Assembly: GCA_045598865.1 (NCBI GenBank)
Contig: JAZRVA010000025.1
Span: 1-43,632 of the forward strand
Length of the DNA stretch: 43,632 nucleotides
Direction: 5' to 3'
Source: Clostridia bacterium
GTDB taxonomy: Bacteria > Bacillota > Clostridia > Christensenellales > UBA1242
Of the stretch, positions 8,570 to 19,018 are shown in pieces. The first letter of the stretch is position 1; every line of letters starts with the position of its first letter. Position numbers and translations under genes: made by a program. The notes beneath the pieces are model-generated. The model had not been told where the DNA came from. It searched no databases and worked only from the letters and a program-made list of their open reading frames with translations.

Positions 8570-10315
8570 ATGATTAAAAAACTTGCAAAAAGTGTGCGAG
8601 AATACAAAAAACCATCTATATTAGCTTCTTTGCTTGTGGCGGTGGAAGTTATAATAGATGTTTTAATAACAATGTTGGTTGGAAAAATTATAGACGGATT
8701 TAACGTGGGCGAAATTTCCTACTCTTTAAAAATGAGTGGGGTTTTGGTGTTACTTTCTATATTATCCTTTTCTTTTGGCGTGGCTTCTGGCTACTTTGCC
8801 GCAAAGGGCACAAACGGCTTTGCAAAAAATTTAAGAAGGGATATGTATTACAAAATTCAAGATTTTTCCTTTTTTAATATAGACAAATTTTCTACCGAGA
8901 GCCTAGTTACCCGCTTAACCACAGATGTAATGTTTGTAAAAACCGCCTACCAAATGCTTATTAGAATTGCAATAAGAAGCCCTCTTATGATTATTTTTAC
9001 AATTATAATGCTGTTTATAAAAAGTCCAAAAATAGCAGTGATATTTTTAATTGCTGCTCCACTTTTATTGTTTGGATTAATGCTTGTGTTTAGGTTTGTG
9101 CATCCAAAATTCAAAAAAGTTATTAAAGAATATGATGATATGAACCTAGTTGTAAAAGAAAACGTTAAAGCAGCAAGGGTTGTAAAAGCCTATGTTAGAG
9201 AAGACTACGAAATAAAAAAATTTGATAAAATAAGCAATTTAATTTACACCGATTATTCCAGCGCACGCAAATTGCTTGCCCTAAACTCACCTATTATGCA
9301 AGTATTTTCTTATGCCTGCCTTGTTTTGGTTGCCCTTGTGGGTGCCAAACTTATTGTTAACACCGGTGGTGCAGAGTTTACAGTGGGAGATTTAACCGCC
9401 ACTTTCTCTTACGCAACCCAAATACTTATGTCGCTTATAATGCTTTCTATGGTAATAGTAAACGTGGCAATTTCCAGGCCATCGGCACAAAGAATAATAG
9501 AAATTTTAGACGAAGAGCCAAACATAAAACAACCAGAAAACCCAATAACAAAAATTGTAAATGGCAGTATAAAATTTGAAGACGTATCTTTTAGTTATTC
9601 ACAAGACATTTCCAAATTGTGCCTAAAAAACATTAATTTTGAAATTGCTTCTGGCCAAACAATAGGGATTTTGGGCGGAACGGGAAGTTCCAAATCCACA
9701 TTAATTTCCTTAATACCAAGGTTATATGATGCAACAAGCGGTAATGTTTTTGTGGGCAATAAAAACGTTAAAGATTATGACTTAAAGGTTTTACGTGATA
9801 ATGTGGCCGTTGTTTTGCAAAAAAATGTTTTGTTCTCTGGCACTATAAAGGACAATTTGAAATGGGGCAACGAAAAGGCAACCGATAAGCAAATAAAAGA
9901 TGCTTGCCACCTTGCCTGTGCAGACGAGTTTATTAACACTTTTCCAGATAAATATGAAACAAAAATAGAAGAGGGTGGCACAAACATAAGCGGCGGCCAA
10001 AAACAAAGGCTTTGCATAGCAAGAGCCCTTTTAAAAAAGCCAAAAATTTTAATACTTGATGATTCCACAAGCGCGGTTGACACAAAAACAGATTTGTTAA
10101 TAAGAAAGGCTTTCAAAGAAAAAATTCCAAAAACAACTAAAATTATAATTGCGCAAAGAGTTAACAGCGTTATAGACGCTGATAAAATAATTATTATGGA
10201 AAACGGCACAATCTCTGCCGTTGGCACACACCATGAGTTACTTAAAAAGTCGGAGGTATATAAAGACTTATACTTACAACAAACACAAAAGGGTGGCGGC
10301 AAAAATGAAAAATAA
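8570..10315 (+). CDS. ABC exporter subunit (fused TMD-NBD) carrying the degenerate-site NBD
   Basis: Six TM segments plus an NBD. Walker A is GGTGSSKST, the signature is ISGGQ, and Walker B is ILILDD followed by S, so the catalytic Glu is replaced by Asp. I chose the ATG at 8570 over the TTG at 8546. Confidence 0.85.
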   Translation: MIKKLAKSVREYKKPSILASLLVAVEVIIDVLITMLVGKIIDGFNVGEISYSLKMSGVLVLLSILSFSFGVASGYFAAKGTNGFAKNLRRDMYYKIQDFSFFNIDKFSTESLVTRLTTDVMFVKTAYQMLIRIAIRSPLMIIFTIIMLFIKSPKIAVIFLIAAPLLLFGLMLVFRFVHPKFKKVIKEYDDMNLVVKENVKAARVVKAYVREDYEIKKFDKISNLIYTDYSSARKLLALNSPIMQVFSYACLVLVALVGAKLIVNTGGAEFTVGDLTATFSYATQILMSLIMLSMVIVNVAISRPSAQRIIEILDEEPNIKQPENPITKIVNGSIKFEDVSFSYSQDISKLCLKNINFEIASGQTIGILGGTGSSKSTLISLIPRLYDATSGNVFVGNKNVKDYDLKVLRDNVAVVLQKNVLFSGTIKDNLKWGNEKATDKQIKDACHLACADEFINTFPDKYETKIEEGGTNISGGQKQRLCIARALLKKPKILILDDSTSAVDTKTDLLIRKAFKEKIPKTTKIIIAQRVNSVIDADKIIIMENGTISAVGTHHELLKKSEVYKDLYLQQTQKGGGKNEK

Positions 10316-12200
10316 TAACGCACCAAAAGTTTCATCAAAAACAGCAAAAAGATTATTAAAATATTTGTTTAAAGACCACGCCTTTAAATTTGCAGCGGTT
10401 GTTGGGCTTATTTTAATTGGAGGTTTTATAACAGTTAAAACCGCACAATTTACCGGGAATATTGTGGAAATTGTTAAAAACATGTGTGAGAATAATTCCA
10501 TAAATTTTATAGAGCTATATTCCCTTATAACCCGCATGGTTATTTTTTACGCAATAGATACTGTTTGTGCTTACACATATAGCTTAATAATGGTGTATAT
10601 CTCTCAGGGAATATTAAAAAAAATAAGGGACGAAATGTTTCAGAAAATGCAACGTTTACCAATAAAATATTTTGATTCCCACACTCATGGTGACATTATG
10701 AGCAGATATACAAACGACACAGACGCCTTAGAGCAAATGCTCTGCCAAAGCATACCTCAAATGATTTCTTCAATAATAACAGTAATCTTCGTTTTTATTT
10801 CTATGCTAATTATTAGTGTTTATTTAACACTTATTGTTCTTGTTTTCTTGGCAATTATGTTTTTAATAACAAAACTTGTGGGTGGAAAAAGCAGAAAATA
10901 CTTTGTAGAGCAACAAAAATTATCTGGCAAAGCAATGGGTTATGTGGAAGAAATGATTGCCGGGCAAAAAGTAATTAAAGTTTTTAACCACGAAGAACAA
11001 AATAAAAAAGATTGTGATAAAATTCTAGATGAACTTGCAGAGAATTCCACAAAAGCCGACACTTACGCCAACATATTTATGCCACTTATGGGAAATTTGG
11101 GTATTTTGCAATATGTTGTAATTGCCATTGTTGGCGGAGTTTTGTTTGTTAATAACATAACGAATTTAAGTCTGCTCGGTCTTGGCGTTTTAACACTTGG
11201 AAATATTGTTTCTTTTATGCAACTTAGCAGGTCTTTTTCAAGGCCAATCACTCAAACCTCTCAACAAGTTAATTCTGTAATTTTGGCTCTTGCCGGAGCG
11301 GAAAGAATTTTTGAAATAATGGATGAACCTGTTGAAGTTGATGAAGGCCTTGTTACACTTGTTAATGTCACAAAAACCGAAACCGGTTTGTGCGAGTGCA
11401 CGCAAAAAACTGGCATTTGGGCATGGAAAAGGCCGCTTCCAGATGGAAATTTTGAACTAGTAGAATTAAAGGGCGATGTTAGGTTTTTTGATGTAGATTT
11501 TGGCTATAACGAAAACAAAATTGTTCTGCATGATATTTCCCTTTATGCAAAACCTGGCCAAAAGGTTGCTTTTGTTGGAGCAACCGGTGCGGGCAAAACA
11601 ACAATAACAAACCTAATAAACAGGTTTTATGATTTGGCTGACGGCAAAATAAGATATGACGGCATAAACATTAATAAAATAAAAAAAGACGATTTAAGAC
11701 GGTCAATAGGCATTGTTTTGCAGGATACAAACTTATTTACAGGCACAGTTAAAGAAAATATTCGCTATGGCAATTTGCAGGCAACAGATGAACAAGTTTT
11801 TGAGGCGGCAAAACTGGCCAATGCTGATGATTTTATTCAGCGTTTGCCAAATGGTTACGACACAGTTTTAGAAAGTGACGGCGCCAATTTAAGCCAAGGA
11901 CAAAGGCAACTTTTGTCCATTGCGCGTGCGGCCGTTGCAAATGCCCCTGTAATGATTTTAGATGAGGCAACTTCAAGCATAGATACTCACACCGAAAAAC
12001 TTGTTCAAAAGGGTATGGATGCCCTAATGCATGGCAGAACAGTTTTTGTTATAGCACACAGGCTTTCCACCGTCCAAAACTCAAATGTTATTATGGTTTT
12101 GGAAAAAGGCAAAATAATAGAACGCGGCACACACGAAGACCTAATAAAACAAAAGGGCAAATATTACGAGCTTTACACTGGAAAATTAGAGCTAGAATAA
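10305..12200 (+). CDS. ABC exporter subunit (fused TMD-NBD) with canonical Walker B-Glu
   Basis: Walker A is GATGAGKTT, the signature is the degenerate LSQGQ, and Walker B is MILDEAT. The ATG at 10305 overlaps the upstream stop by 11 nt. The track ORF from 10221 runs inside the upstream gene. Confidence 0.85.
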   Translation: MKNNNAPKVSSKTAKRLLKYLFKDHAFKFAAVVGLILIGGFITVKTAQFTGNIVEIVKNMCENNSINFIELYSLITRMVIFYAIDTVCAYTYSLIMVYISQGILKKIRDEMFQKMQRLPIKYFDSHTHGDIMSRYTNDTDALEQMLCQSIPQMISSIITVIFVFISMLIISVYLTLIVLVFLAIMFLITKLVGGKSRKYFVEQQKLSGKAMGYVEEMIAGQKVIKVFNHEEQNKKDCDKILDELAENSTKADTYANIFMPLMGNLGILQYVVIAIVGGVLFVNNITNLSLLGLGVLTLGNIVSFMQLSRSFSRPITQTSQQVNSVILALAGAERIFEIMDEPVEVDEGLVTLVNVTKTETGLCECTQKTGIWAWKRPLPDGNFELVELKGDVRFFDVDFGYNENKIVLHDISLYAKPGQKVAFVGATGAGKTTITNLINRFYDLADGKIRYDGININKIKKDDLRRSIGIVLQDTNLFTGTVKENIRYGNLQATDEQVFEAAKLANADDFIQRLPNGYDTVLESDGANLSQGQRQLLSIARAAVANAPVMILDEATSSIDTHTEKLVQKGMDALMHGRTVFVIAHRLSTVQNSNVIMVLEKGKIIERGTHEDLIKQKGKYYELYTGKLELE

Positions 12201-12309
12201 TATTTAAATTAGATAAATGTTTAAAAATCGAGCGTTTTTTAACTATAATTTTTTATAATCTTCCCTTTTTTATGTTTTTGTGATATAATAAAAATTAGGA
12301 GAAATTGTT

Positions 12310-13341
12310 ATGACATATAAAGATTATGTTACAAACCTAAAAAGAGAAATTGAAACCTATGTAAAAATGGGCGGCAATATTTATGACGGCAAAAGAGTTT
12401 TGCCTTACTATGAAAAAATAAGATATGCCACAAAACTATATAAAAGCGAAAATGATGTCCAAATTGAAATAGAAGATGTTTATAAGGATTGTGGGATAAA
12501 ATTTAACAGAGATTATAACAACTTTTTAAATTTTACAAGGGGGCTAGAAAAATTTGCAGACAAAAATGGCTTTGTGGACCAAATCAAAAAATCAAATGCT
12601 TCCAAAGAAGAGGTTGAACTTAAATCTTTCTTGGATTTTCACGCAAGAGAAACCGGTATTTCACCGGGTGAATATCTAATTTTAATGACAAATTTTAGAT
12701 ATAAAACCCTTGTTATTGCGGGCGACTATGTTAAACATTTGCAAGAAAAAATTCAAAAAGAAATTCCAGATGGCGTTGTAAGAAATTTAAAACGCACTCA
12801 CAGCGAAATTTATTATGGAATAAAACACTTTCAAAAATATAGTCCACAACCAATTAGTTACAATGAAGCCCTTGACTTTTTTGGGCTTATAGATGGTAAT
12901 ATTAGAACGCAGGCCGAAAAAGGCGGAGCAAACGAGGTTGATGAAGACAAACTTTTAGCAAGCCTTAGTGCAGAATTCCCAGACAAAAAAATAGATGCTT
13001 TTAGCACCTCTACAAATTACCGTTTTGTTGTAAGAGCCGCAAGGTCAAACGACCAAACAATCAACCAATGGCTTGATAACCATGGCTTTGATTACACCTC
13101 TGCCTCTAATGTTTTAAGGCTTTCAAAATTCCAAGTTGATGCCACAGAACATGAGCAAAAACTTATGTCTATGAGAGAAGAACTTTTAAAAGAATACAAC
13201 ACAAAAAATGCCGACGACGTAGATATGTTTGTAATAAACTCAAACATAGCAAAAAGAATTGGCAATGCCTTATATAAAGACGATCAAACAGAGCAATCAC
13301 AAGTTTTACCTGCCTCGCCAATGGAAACATTTGAACAATAA
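12310..13341 (+). CDS. Hypothetical soluble protein (343 aa), no recognisable domain
   Basis: SD AGGAG lies 8 nt upstream. An extended -10 (TGaTATAAT) is upstream and a clean terminator is downstream. The composition is charged and non-repetitive. Confidence 0.6.
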   Translation: MTYKDYVTNLKREIETYVKMGGNIYDGKRVLPYYEKIRYATKLYKSENDVQIEIEDVYKDCGIKFNRDYNNFLNFTRGLEKFADKNGFVDQIKKSNASKEEVELKSFLDFHARETGISPGEYLILMTNFRYKTLVIAGDYVKHLQEKIQKEIPDGVVRNLKRTHSEIYYGIKHFQKYSPQPISYNEALDFFGLIDGNIRTQAEKGGANEVDEDKLLASLSAEFPDKKIDAFSTSTNYRFVVRAARSNDQTINQWLDNHGFDYTSASNVLRLSKFQVDATEHEQKLMSMREELLKEYNTKNADDVDMFVINSNIAKRIGNALYKDDQTEQSQVLPASPMETFEQ

Positions 13342-13389
13342 TTTAATTTTTAGCAATAATCATAATTTAATTTTAATAAAATTTATAAC

Positions 13390-13419
13390 AAAAAAAGAGC
13401 AAAAAATGCTCTTTTTTTT
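13390..13419. terminator. Intrinsic terminator
   Basis: AAAAAAAGAGCA, a 5-nt loop, then TGCTCTTTTTTTT. Confidence 0.7.
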
Positions 13420-13607
13420 GTCCAAATATTAATTTTTTCACATGATTTTATTTCTTAATTTATATTTAAAATTTTTATTTATGTTTAATCCCTTTATTTA
13501 TATCTTAAATATTGATTTAATTTGAAATTTTGATTTATAAAATATCATCACTTTGTTTTATAACTTCTTTATTCGTTTTGTAAGTTTAGTGCATACTGCC
13601 ATAAAGA

Positions 13608-15767
13608 CTATTGTTCTGGTTCCACCCTTTTTATAGAAAGTCCAATTCTTTGTTTTTGCAAATCTATGTTTATAACTTTTACATTAACCACTTGTCCAAC
13701 AGTCAATTCTTCGCTTGGGTGCTTTATGTATCTATCACAAATTTCCGAGATGTGAACAAGGCCGTCTTGGTGAACACCAATATCCACAAAAGCCCCAAAA
13801 TCTATAACATTTCTAACAGTGCCCTTCAAAACCATGCCTTCTTTCAAATCTTCTATGCCCATAACGTCTTGCCTTAACTCCGGTTTTGGAAGCTCGTCTC
13901 TAATATCTCGTCCAGGCTTTAAAAGTTCTTTAACAATGTCATCAAGTGTAGGCACACCAACGCCACATTCTTTTGCCACATTTTCTTCACCCTTTGTGGC
14001 AATAAGCCTTGGCAAATTTTGTATGTTTTCATTTGCCACATCTTTCTCTGTCATGCCAAACATTTTTAGTAGTTTTAGTGTTGCTTCATAACTTTCTGGG
14101 TGAACACCAGTGTTATCCAAAATATTTTTCTCCCCCGGAATCCTCAAAAACCCTGCGCATTGCACAAAAGCCTTTTCACCCAACTTATTAACTTTTAAAA
14201 GTTCTTTCCTAGTTGTAAACTTGCCATTTTCTTTTCTGTATTCCACAATATTTTTGGCAATAGAACTATTAAGCCCAGAAATGTGTTCAAGCAACTTGTA
14301 AGAAGCAGTGTTCAAGTCAACTCCAACGGAGTTAACACAATCTTCCACAACACCGTCTAACACTGTGGACAATCTTTTTTGCGGCATATCGTGCTGATAT
14401 TGCCCCACACCAATAGATTTAACATCAATTTTAATTAGTTCAGCAAGCGGGTCCTGCAACCTGCGCGCAATGCTAACAGCACTTCTTGTTGTAACATCAT
14501 AGTCAGGGAATTCCTCCGCCCCAACCTTAGATGCACTATAAACAGAGGCACCCGCTTCATTAACCACCATGTATTCCACTTTTTGTGGAAGTTTTTTGAT
14601 AAGATTGCTAACAAAAATTTCACTTTCTTTGCTGGCGGTTCCGTTCCCAATAGAAATTGCATCAACATGATGTTTTGCAATAAGCCCAGCCAAAACCTCT
14701 TCCGATTTTGCAATTTGATTGTGTGGCGGCGTTGGAAATATAACGGTTTTATCAACCACATTTCCGTTTTGGTCAATAACGGCCACCTTGCAACCTGTCC
14801 TGTAAGCCGGGTCAAGCCCCAAAATCACCTTATTTTTAAGAGGTGGTTGCATAAGCAGTGGTTTTAGGTTTACTTCAAACATTTTAATTGCCTGCTCATT
14901 TGCAACGTCTGTTAAATTTGCTCTAAGTTCTCTTTCAAGAGATGGAAATATAAGCCTGTCAAAGCTATCAACAATAACATTTTTCAAAAATTCTTGATAA
15001 TTTCCATTTGTAACAAAAATTTCTTGCTCTATTATTTCACAGCACCTTTCTTTGTTTGCTTCAATTTCCACCTTTAAGCAGTCATCTTTTTCTCCTCTGT
15101 TTATAGCCAAAATTCTATGGCTAGGAATTTTGTTAACAGGTTCTTTGTAGTTTTCATAAGTTTGATATGTCAAATATTTTTCACCCGGTTTAAGCGTGGT
15201 TACCATTTGCGCAGAAGAAAACAAAAATTCTCTTAAAAGCTTTCTAATTTCTGCATTATCAGAAATATTTTCTGCAATTATGTCCCCTGCACCCAAAATT
15301 GCATCTTCTGCTGTTAAAACACCCTTTTCTTCGTTTATAAAATCACTTGCAATTTCTTCCAAAGTTCTTTTGTCTTTTTGCAACATAACAATTTCTGCAA
15401 ACGGTTTTAACCCTTTGCTTTCTGCAATTGTTGCTCTTGTTTGCCTTTTTGGCCTAAATGGCCTATAAATATCTTCCAGTTCTGTCATGGTTAGGGCATT
15501 GTCCAAATTTTGTTTAATTTCAGGCGTCATTTTTTCTTGCTCTGTAATAAGCCTTTCAATTTCTTGCCTTCTTGTGTCAAAATTTCTAAGATATTCCAGC
15601 CTATCGGCAAAATCTCTAATTTTTTGGTCGTCTTGGCTGCCATGCATTTCCTTTCTATACCTTGCAATAAACGGCACTGTGCACCCTTCATCCAAAAGAC
15701 TAATAATGTTTTGCACATACTGCAAATTAATATTAAACTCCAAACTAAGAACTTTTGCTATATCCAT
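13608..15767 (-). CDS. tex: Tex-like transcription accessory protein with S1 RNA-binding domain
   Basis: 719 aa. The N-terminus carries LLDEGCTVPFIARYRKE, and the C-terminus has an S1 domain (GMVLKGTVRNVIDFGAFVDIG...GLVHISE). Confidence 0.9.
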   Translation of the reverse strand: MDIAKVLSLEFNINLQYVQNIISLLDEGCTVPFIARYRKEMHGSQDDQKIRDFADRLEYLRNFDTRRQEIERLITEQEKMTPEIKQNLDNALTMTELEDIYRPFRPKRQTRATIAESKGLKPFAEIVMLQKDKRTLEEIASDFINEEKGVLTAEDAILGAGDIIAENISDNAEIRKLLREFLFSSAQMVTTLKPGEKYLTYQTYENYKEPVNKIPSHRILAINRGEKDDCLKVEIEANKERCCEIIEQEIFVTNGNYQEFLKNVIVDSFDRLIFPSLERELRANLTDVANEQAIKMFEVNLKPLLMQPPLKNKVILGLDPAYRTGCKVAVIDQNGNVVDKTVIFPTPPHNQIAKSEEVLAGLIAKHHVDAISIGNGTASKESEIFVSNLIKKLPQKVEYMVVNEAGASVYSASKVGAEEFPDYDVTTRSAVSIARRLQDPLAELIKIDVKSIGVGQYQHDMPQKRLSTVLDGVVEDCVNSVGVDLNTASYKLLEHISGLNSSIAKNIVEYRKENGKFTTRKELLKVNKLGEKAFVQCAGFLRIPGEKNILDNTGVHPESYEATLKLLKMFGMTEKDVANENIQNLPRLIATKGEENVAKECGVGVPTLDDIVKELLKPGRDIRDELPKPELRQDVMGIEDLKEGMVLKGTVRNVIDFGAFVDIGVHQDGLVHISEICDRYIKHPSEELTVGQVVNVKVINIDLQKQRIGLSIKRVEPEQ

Positions 15768-15790
15768 AACTTTCCTCTTTTAAAATGTTT

Positions 15791-17041
15791 TTAAATAAAT
15801 TTAATTTTGTGTGCTTCAAGTTGATACCTGCACTCTTCCGGCTCTCCAATAGAAAACGCCTTTCTTGGCAAGGTGCCGTTTATGGCAACAAAATCAAAAA
15901 CTTCATTTTTGTTAAGCGTTGGCATAAAAATTCCAACCGCTTTTTTGTTTTTATCACAAATATCTTTAACTTTTTCTTCGTCATAAACAAAATCAAGCGA
16001 CATTTCAAGTTTGTTTTCCAGTCTGCTATCAATGTAATCCTGAACTTTCTTTATAGCCTCTGCTGAATTGTTTGGCAAATCAAAAAGAATCTCTTTGTTC
16101 TTATAAATAATTTTGTATGTGGCATATTCGCTGCCATCAACTTTTTTGTGATTAACCTTGAATAATTTTTTTAGTCCTCTAACAAAACACCTACCCGCAT
16201 TGTAAACCACACGATGAACCGGTTTAAACTCAATTGCACTGCTGTTTATGTTTATTGCCTCCACCGCCATATATCTTGCTGGGTGAATTTGCCTTTCTTC
16301 TTCCGACAAATTAACTTTAATGTTGTTCCAATGTTCCAAAGCCGTTGCAAAACTGTTTATTCCTTTTGCCACCAAAAATAAAGGTTTTTTAGCCTCGCCT
16401 TGGTTATTAGCCTGTGCCAATGTTTCAAAACTTTTTATAACCTCATCAGCATCTTTTACTTTGTAGCCATACAAGTGTCCGCCACCCATGTTTAAGTTGA
16501 AACTATAAAGTTTTTCCAAAGTGTCCTTTTCTTTAAACAAGTTTTCTGCAATATTTTGCACTCTGTCATCATAAAGCACAATAGAATAAGGAAACTCAAA
16601 AATGGCATCTTTTCTCATTTCCACTTTTGGAGGAATCCTGTCCACATTGTTTTTTTCAAGTGGCATAATTTGCTTGTTTAAACTCACGTCCGTGCCAAAT
16701 TCCTCGATGTCCACATTTAAAACAATCCCCAGTCTATTTTTATGAAATTTGGTAGAACGGTTAACCAGCACCATGCACATGCCTAAGTCATAAAAAAGAT
16801 TGTTCTTGTAATACTCCTGCATGTTTTTTGACATTTGTTTTATCTTCTCATGATATTCCAAATCAAAATAGGCATCTGGCAAAATCATGTCAAACACAGT
16901 TGGGCTGCCAACAACATAGTTTTTAACATTTTCCCAATATTCTTTTTTGTTAGAAAACTGGTCACTTGCATTAACTGCCCATTTGGACAAATCAAAATTC
17001 TTCTGCGGCAAATATAGGTGTTCTTTTTTTATAATTGTCAT
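15791..17041 (-). CDS. DUF1015-like protein
   Basis: 416 aa. The N-terminal ...SKWAV.A.DQFS...EYW block is what I recall from Firmicute DUF1015 proteins. This assignment is from memory only. Confidence 0.5.
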   Translation of the reverse strand: MTIIKKEHLYLPQKNFDLSKWAVNASDQFSNKKEYWENVKNYVVGSPTVFDMILPDAYFDLEYHEKIKQMSKNMQEYYKNNLFYDLGMCMVLVNRSTKFHKNRLGIVLNVDIEEFGTDVSLNKQIMPLEKNNVDRIPPKVEMRKDAIFEFPYSIVLYDDRVQNIAENLFKEKDTLEKLYSFNLNMGGGHLYGYKVKDADEVIKSFETLAQANNQGEAKKPLFLVAKGINSFATALEHWNNIKVNLSEEERQIHPARYMAVEAININSSAIEFKPVHRVVYNAGRCFVRGLKKLFKVNHKKVDGSEYATYKIIYKNKEILFDLPNNSAEAIKKVQDYIDSRLENKLEMSLDFVYDEEKVKDICDKNKKAVGIFMPTLNKNEVFDFVAINGTLPRKAFSIGEPEECRYQLEAHKIKFI

Positions 17042-17066
17042 TTTTTGCTTCCCTTCTTTAAAAAAA

Positions 17067-18404
17067 TTATTTTACCAAAAGTTCCACTTCTTTTATCCTT
17101 CGTCTTTCAACTTTTTTAAGTTTAAAAACAAGTGTAATTTCCTTTTTAACAAATTTGCTATCTTCATCAATAATCTCGTCAATCGTCTTGTAAGTAACAA
17201 TGTTTCCCTCTTGTGGAATTTTTTTGTCAATCTCACACAAAAATGTCGCCACCGAAGAATACTTGTTTTTTGGCATTTTCTCAATTTGCAAAAAATCAAA
17301 AAGTTCTTCTATGCTAAGCTCTGCATTAACTTTGTATTTTCCGTCGTCAATTTTGGTTATTGTGGAAGTTGCCCCATCGTCGTGCTCATCATAAACTTCA
17401 CCAAAAACCTCCTCAAAACAATCTTCCATGGTCACAATTCCACTTGTTCCACCATACTCATCACTAACAATTGCCATGTGGTTTTTCTCTTTCTGCATAA
17501 GTTTCATAACATTGTTTATTTTGGTCGTTTTAGAAACAAATATTGCAGGAGTTAACATGTCTTCTATACTAATTTTTCTTTTGCCAATTATAGACGAAAA
17601 AAAGTCTTTTTGATTTAATATCCCGATAATGTTATCCTTAGACTTCTTGTAAACTGGAATTCTAGAATACTGATATTTTAAAAACACTTTTTTAATTTCG
17701 TCTATGTTGCTGTTCACGCTAACACACACCACGTCAACTCTTGGAGTCATAATGTCTTTTACGGCAACGTCGTTAAATTTAAGCGCTCCAAAAATCATCT
17801 CAGCGTTTTGCTCGTCAATTACACCCTCGTCTTCCATTGTTTCCACAATATTTTCCAGTTCGTCCTCTGTAACTGTTGGTTTTTTCTCTTTTTTGTGATG
17901 CTTATTAAATGCCTTTTGCAGCAAATTAAATGGCAAACAAAACACATATGTTGCTTTTATAACGACAAACAAAATTGGCGCCAAAAACAACGCAGATTTT
18001 TCAGGGCTGTTTTTTGCAGCCGCCTTTGGCAAAATTTCACCAAAAATCAAAATAACCACAGTCATAACCACAGTGTTCACAATGTTGTAAACAACCGGGT
18101 TAACAATAAACAACAAAAACAAGTAAGCACATAACGTGGTGCTTAAAATATTCACAAAATTGTTGCCCACCAAAATTGCACTTAATGCCCCGTCAAAGTG
18201 TTCTTGAATATAAAGCGCCTTCCTGGCCCCCTTTTTATTTTGTTCTGCAAGTGTTTTAATTCTCAATCGGTTTGCCGAAGAAAAAGCAATTTCGCAAGCA
18301 GAAAAAAATGCAGACAAAACAAGCAGCAACACAACTGCAATAATCAAAACAACGCTTGTAAAATTAAAATTTGTAGCACCCAACATAAAACTATTAAACT
18401 GCAT
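17067..18404 (-). CDS. CNNM/DUF21-CBS-CorC_HlyC family membrane protein ('hemolysin' family)
   Basis: Four N-terminal TM segments, a CBS pair (VKDIMTPR..., IGILNQKD...) and a C-terminal transporter-associated domain. Confidence 0.8.
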   Translation of the reverse strand: MQFNSFMLGATNFNFTSVVLIIAVVLLLVLSAFFSACEIAFSSANRLRIKTLAEQNKKGARKALYIQEHFDGALSAILVGNNFVNILSTTLCAYLFLLFIVNPVVYNIVNTVVMTVVILIFGEILPKAAAKNSPEKSALFLAPILFVVIKATYVFCLPFNLLQKAFNKHHKKEKKPTVTEDELENIVETMEDEGVIDEQNAEMIFGALKFNDVAVKDIMTPRVDVVCVSVNSNIDEIKKVFLKYQYSRIPVYKKSKDNIIGILNQKDFFSSIIGKRKISIEDMLTPAIFVSKTTKINNVMKLMQKEKNHMAIVSDEYGGTSGIVTMEDCFEEVFGEVYDEHDDGATSTITKIDDGKYKVNAELSIEELFDFLQIEKMPKNKYSSVATFLCEIDKKIPQEGNIVTYKTIDEIIDEDSKFVKKEITLVFKLKKVERRRIKEVELLVK

Positions 18405-18424
18405 ATCTTTCCTTCAAAAACTTT

Positions 18425-18871
18425 CTATTTATTAACACTAAGCCCAGTTGACCCAAAGCCACCTTCGCCCCTTGCTGATTCCGAAATTTCCTCAACTTCT
18501 TGCATTTTCAAGTGTTCCACTTTGTTTATAACCATTTGGGCAATCTTTTGATGTTTTTCAATTTTGTAACTTGTTTTGGCAACGTTCATTAAAATAACGC
18601 CAACCTCGCCCCTATAATTTTCGTCAACTGTTCCTGGACTGTTTAAAACAATCAACCCACTTTTAAGTGTTAATCCGCTTTTGCTTCTCACCTGTGCCTC
18701 ATAACCAGTTGGCAATTCCATACAAAACCCGGTTTTAACTAGCGCCCAAGTGTAAGGCTCAATAATTTTTTCCTCGTTGCTATAAATGTCCATGCCTGCG
18801 TCTTCTGGGTGTGCAAAGTTTGGCAACACCGCATCTTTATCTAATTTTTTAAATTTTATAACTGCTTCCAT
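18425..18871 (-). CDS. dut: dUTP diphosphatase
   Basis: 148 aa. Contains GTVDENYRGEVGVILMN and the C-terminal ARGEGGFGSTG motif. Confidence 0.9.
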   Translation of the reverse strand: MEAVIKFKKLDKDAVLPNFAHPEDAGMDIYSNEEKIIEPYTWALVKTGFCMELPTGYEAQVRSKSGLTLKSGLIVLNSPGTVDENYRGEVGVILMNVAKTSYKIEKHQKIAQMVINKVEHLKMQEVEEISESARGEGGFGSTGLSVNK

Positions 18872-18967
18872 ATCCTATTCCTACTGCAATAATTATAATA
18901 TTTTTTCCCTTTAAAACAAAATGATTTGTGTTTAAACGCCAAAAATTTTTTAACTTTTCTATTTTTA

Positions 18968-18996
18968 TTGCCTATTTATAATTTTTTTTATATACT
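18968..18996 (+). promoter_or_regulatory. Sigma-70-like promoter
   Basis: TTGCCT, 17-nt spacer, TATACT, located 22 nt upstream of the ATG at 19019. Confidence 0.45.
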
Positions 18997-19018
18997 TAAC
19001 AAAAAAGAGGAGTAAAAA

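Noticed and set aside
9775-10347. Long antisense or alternate-frame ORFs inside well-supported genes. Examples are 9775-10347 (-), 25604-26227 (+), 26348-26800 (+), 16947-17555 (+), 40483-41034 (+), 3760-4275 (-), 41790-42254 (-), 29643-30071 (-), 14435-14815 (-) and 17808-18134 (+).
   Set aside because: Each lies opposite or out of frame to a gene with clear family motifs and lacks an SD. Their F/L/S/I/C-rich low-complexity translations are what antisense reading of Lys/Glu/Asn-rich AT-biased genes produces.
13420-13607. The roughly 190-nt AT-rich non-coding stretch downstream of tex as an sRNA or riboswitch.
   Set aside because: I could identify no promoter-plus-terminator pair, no stable GC-containing helices and no conserved motif. 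It looks like a low-complexity spacer.
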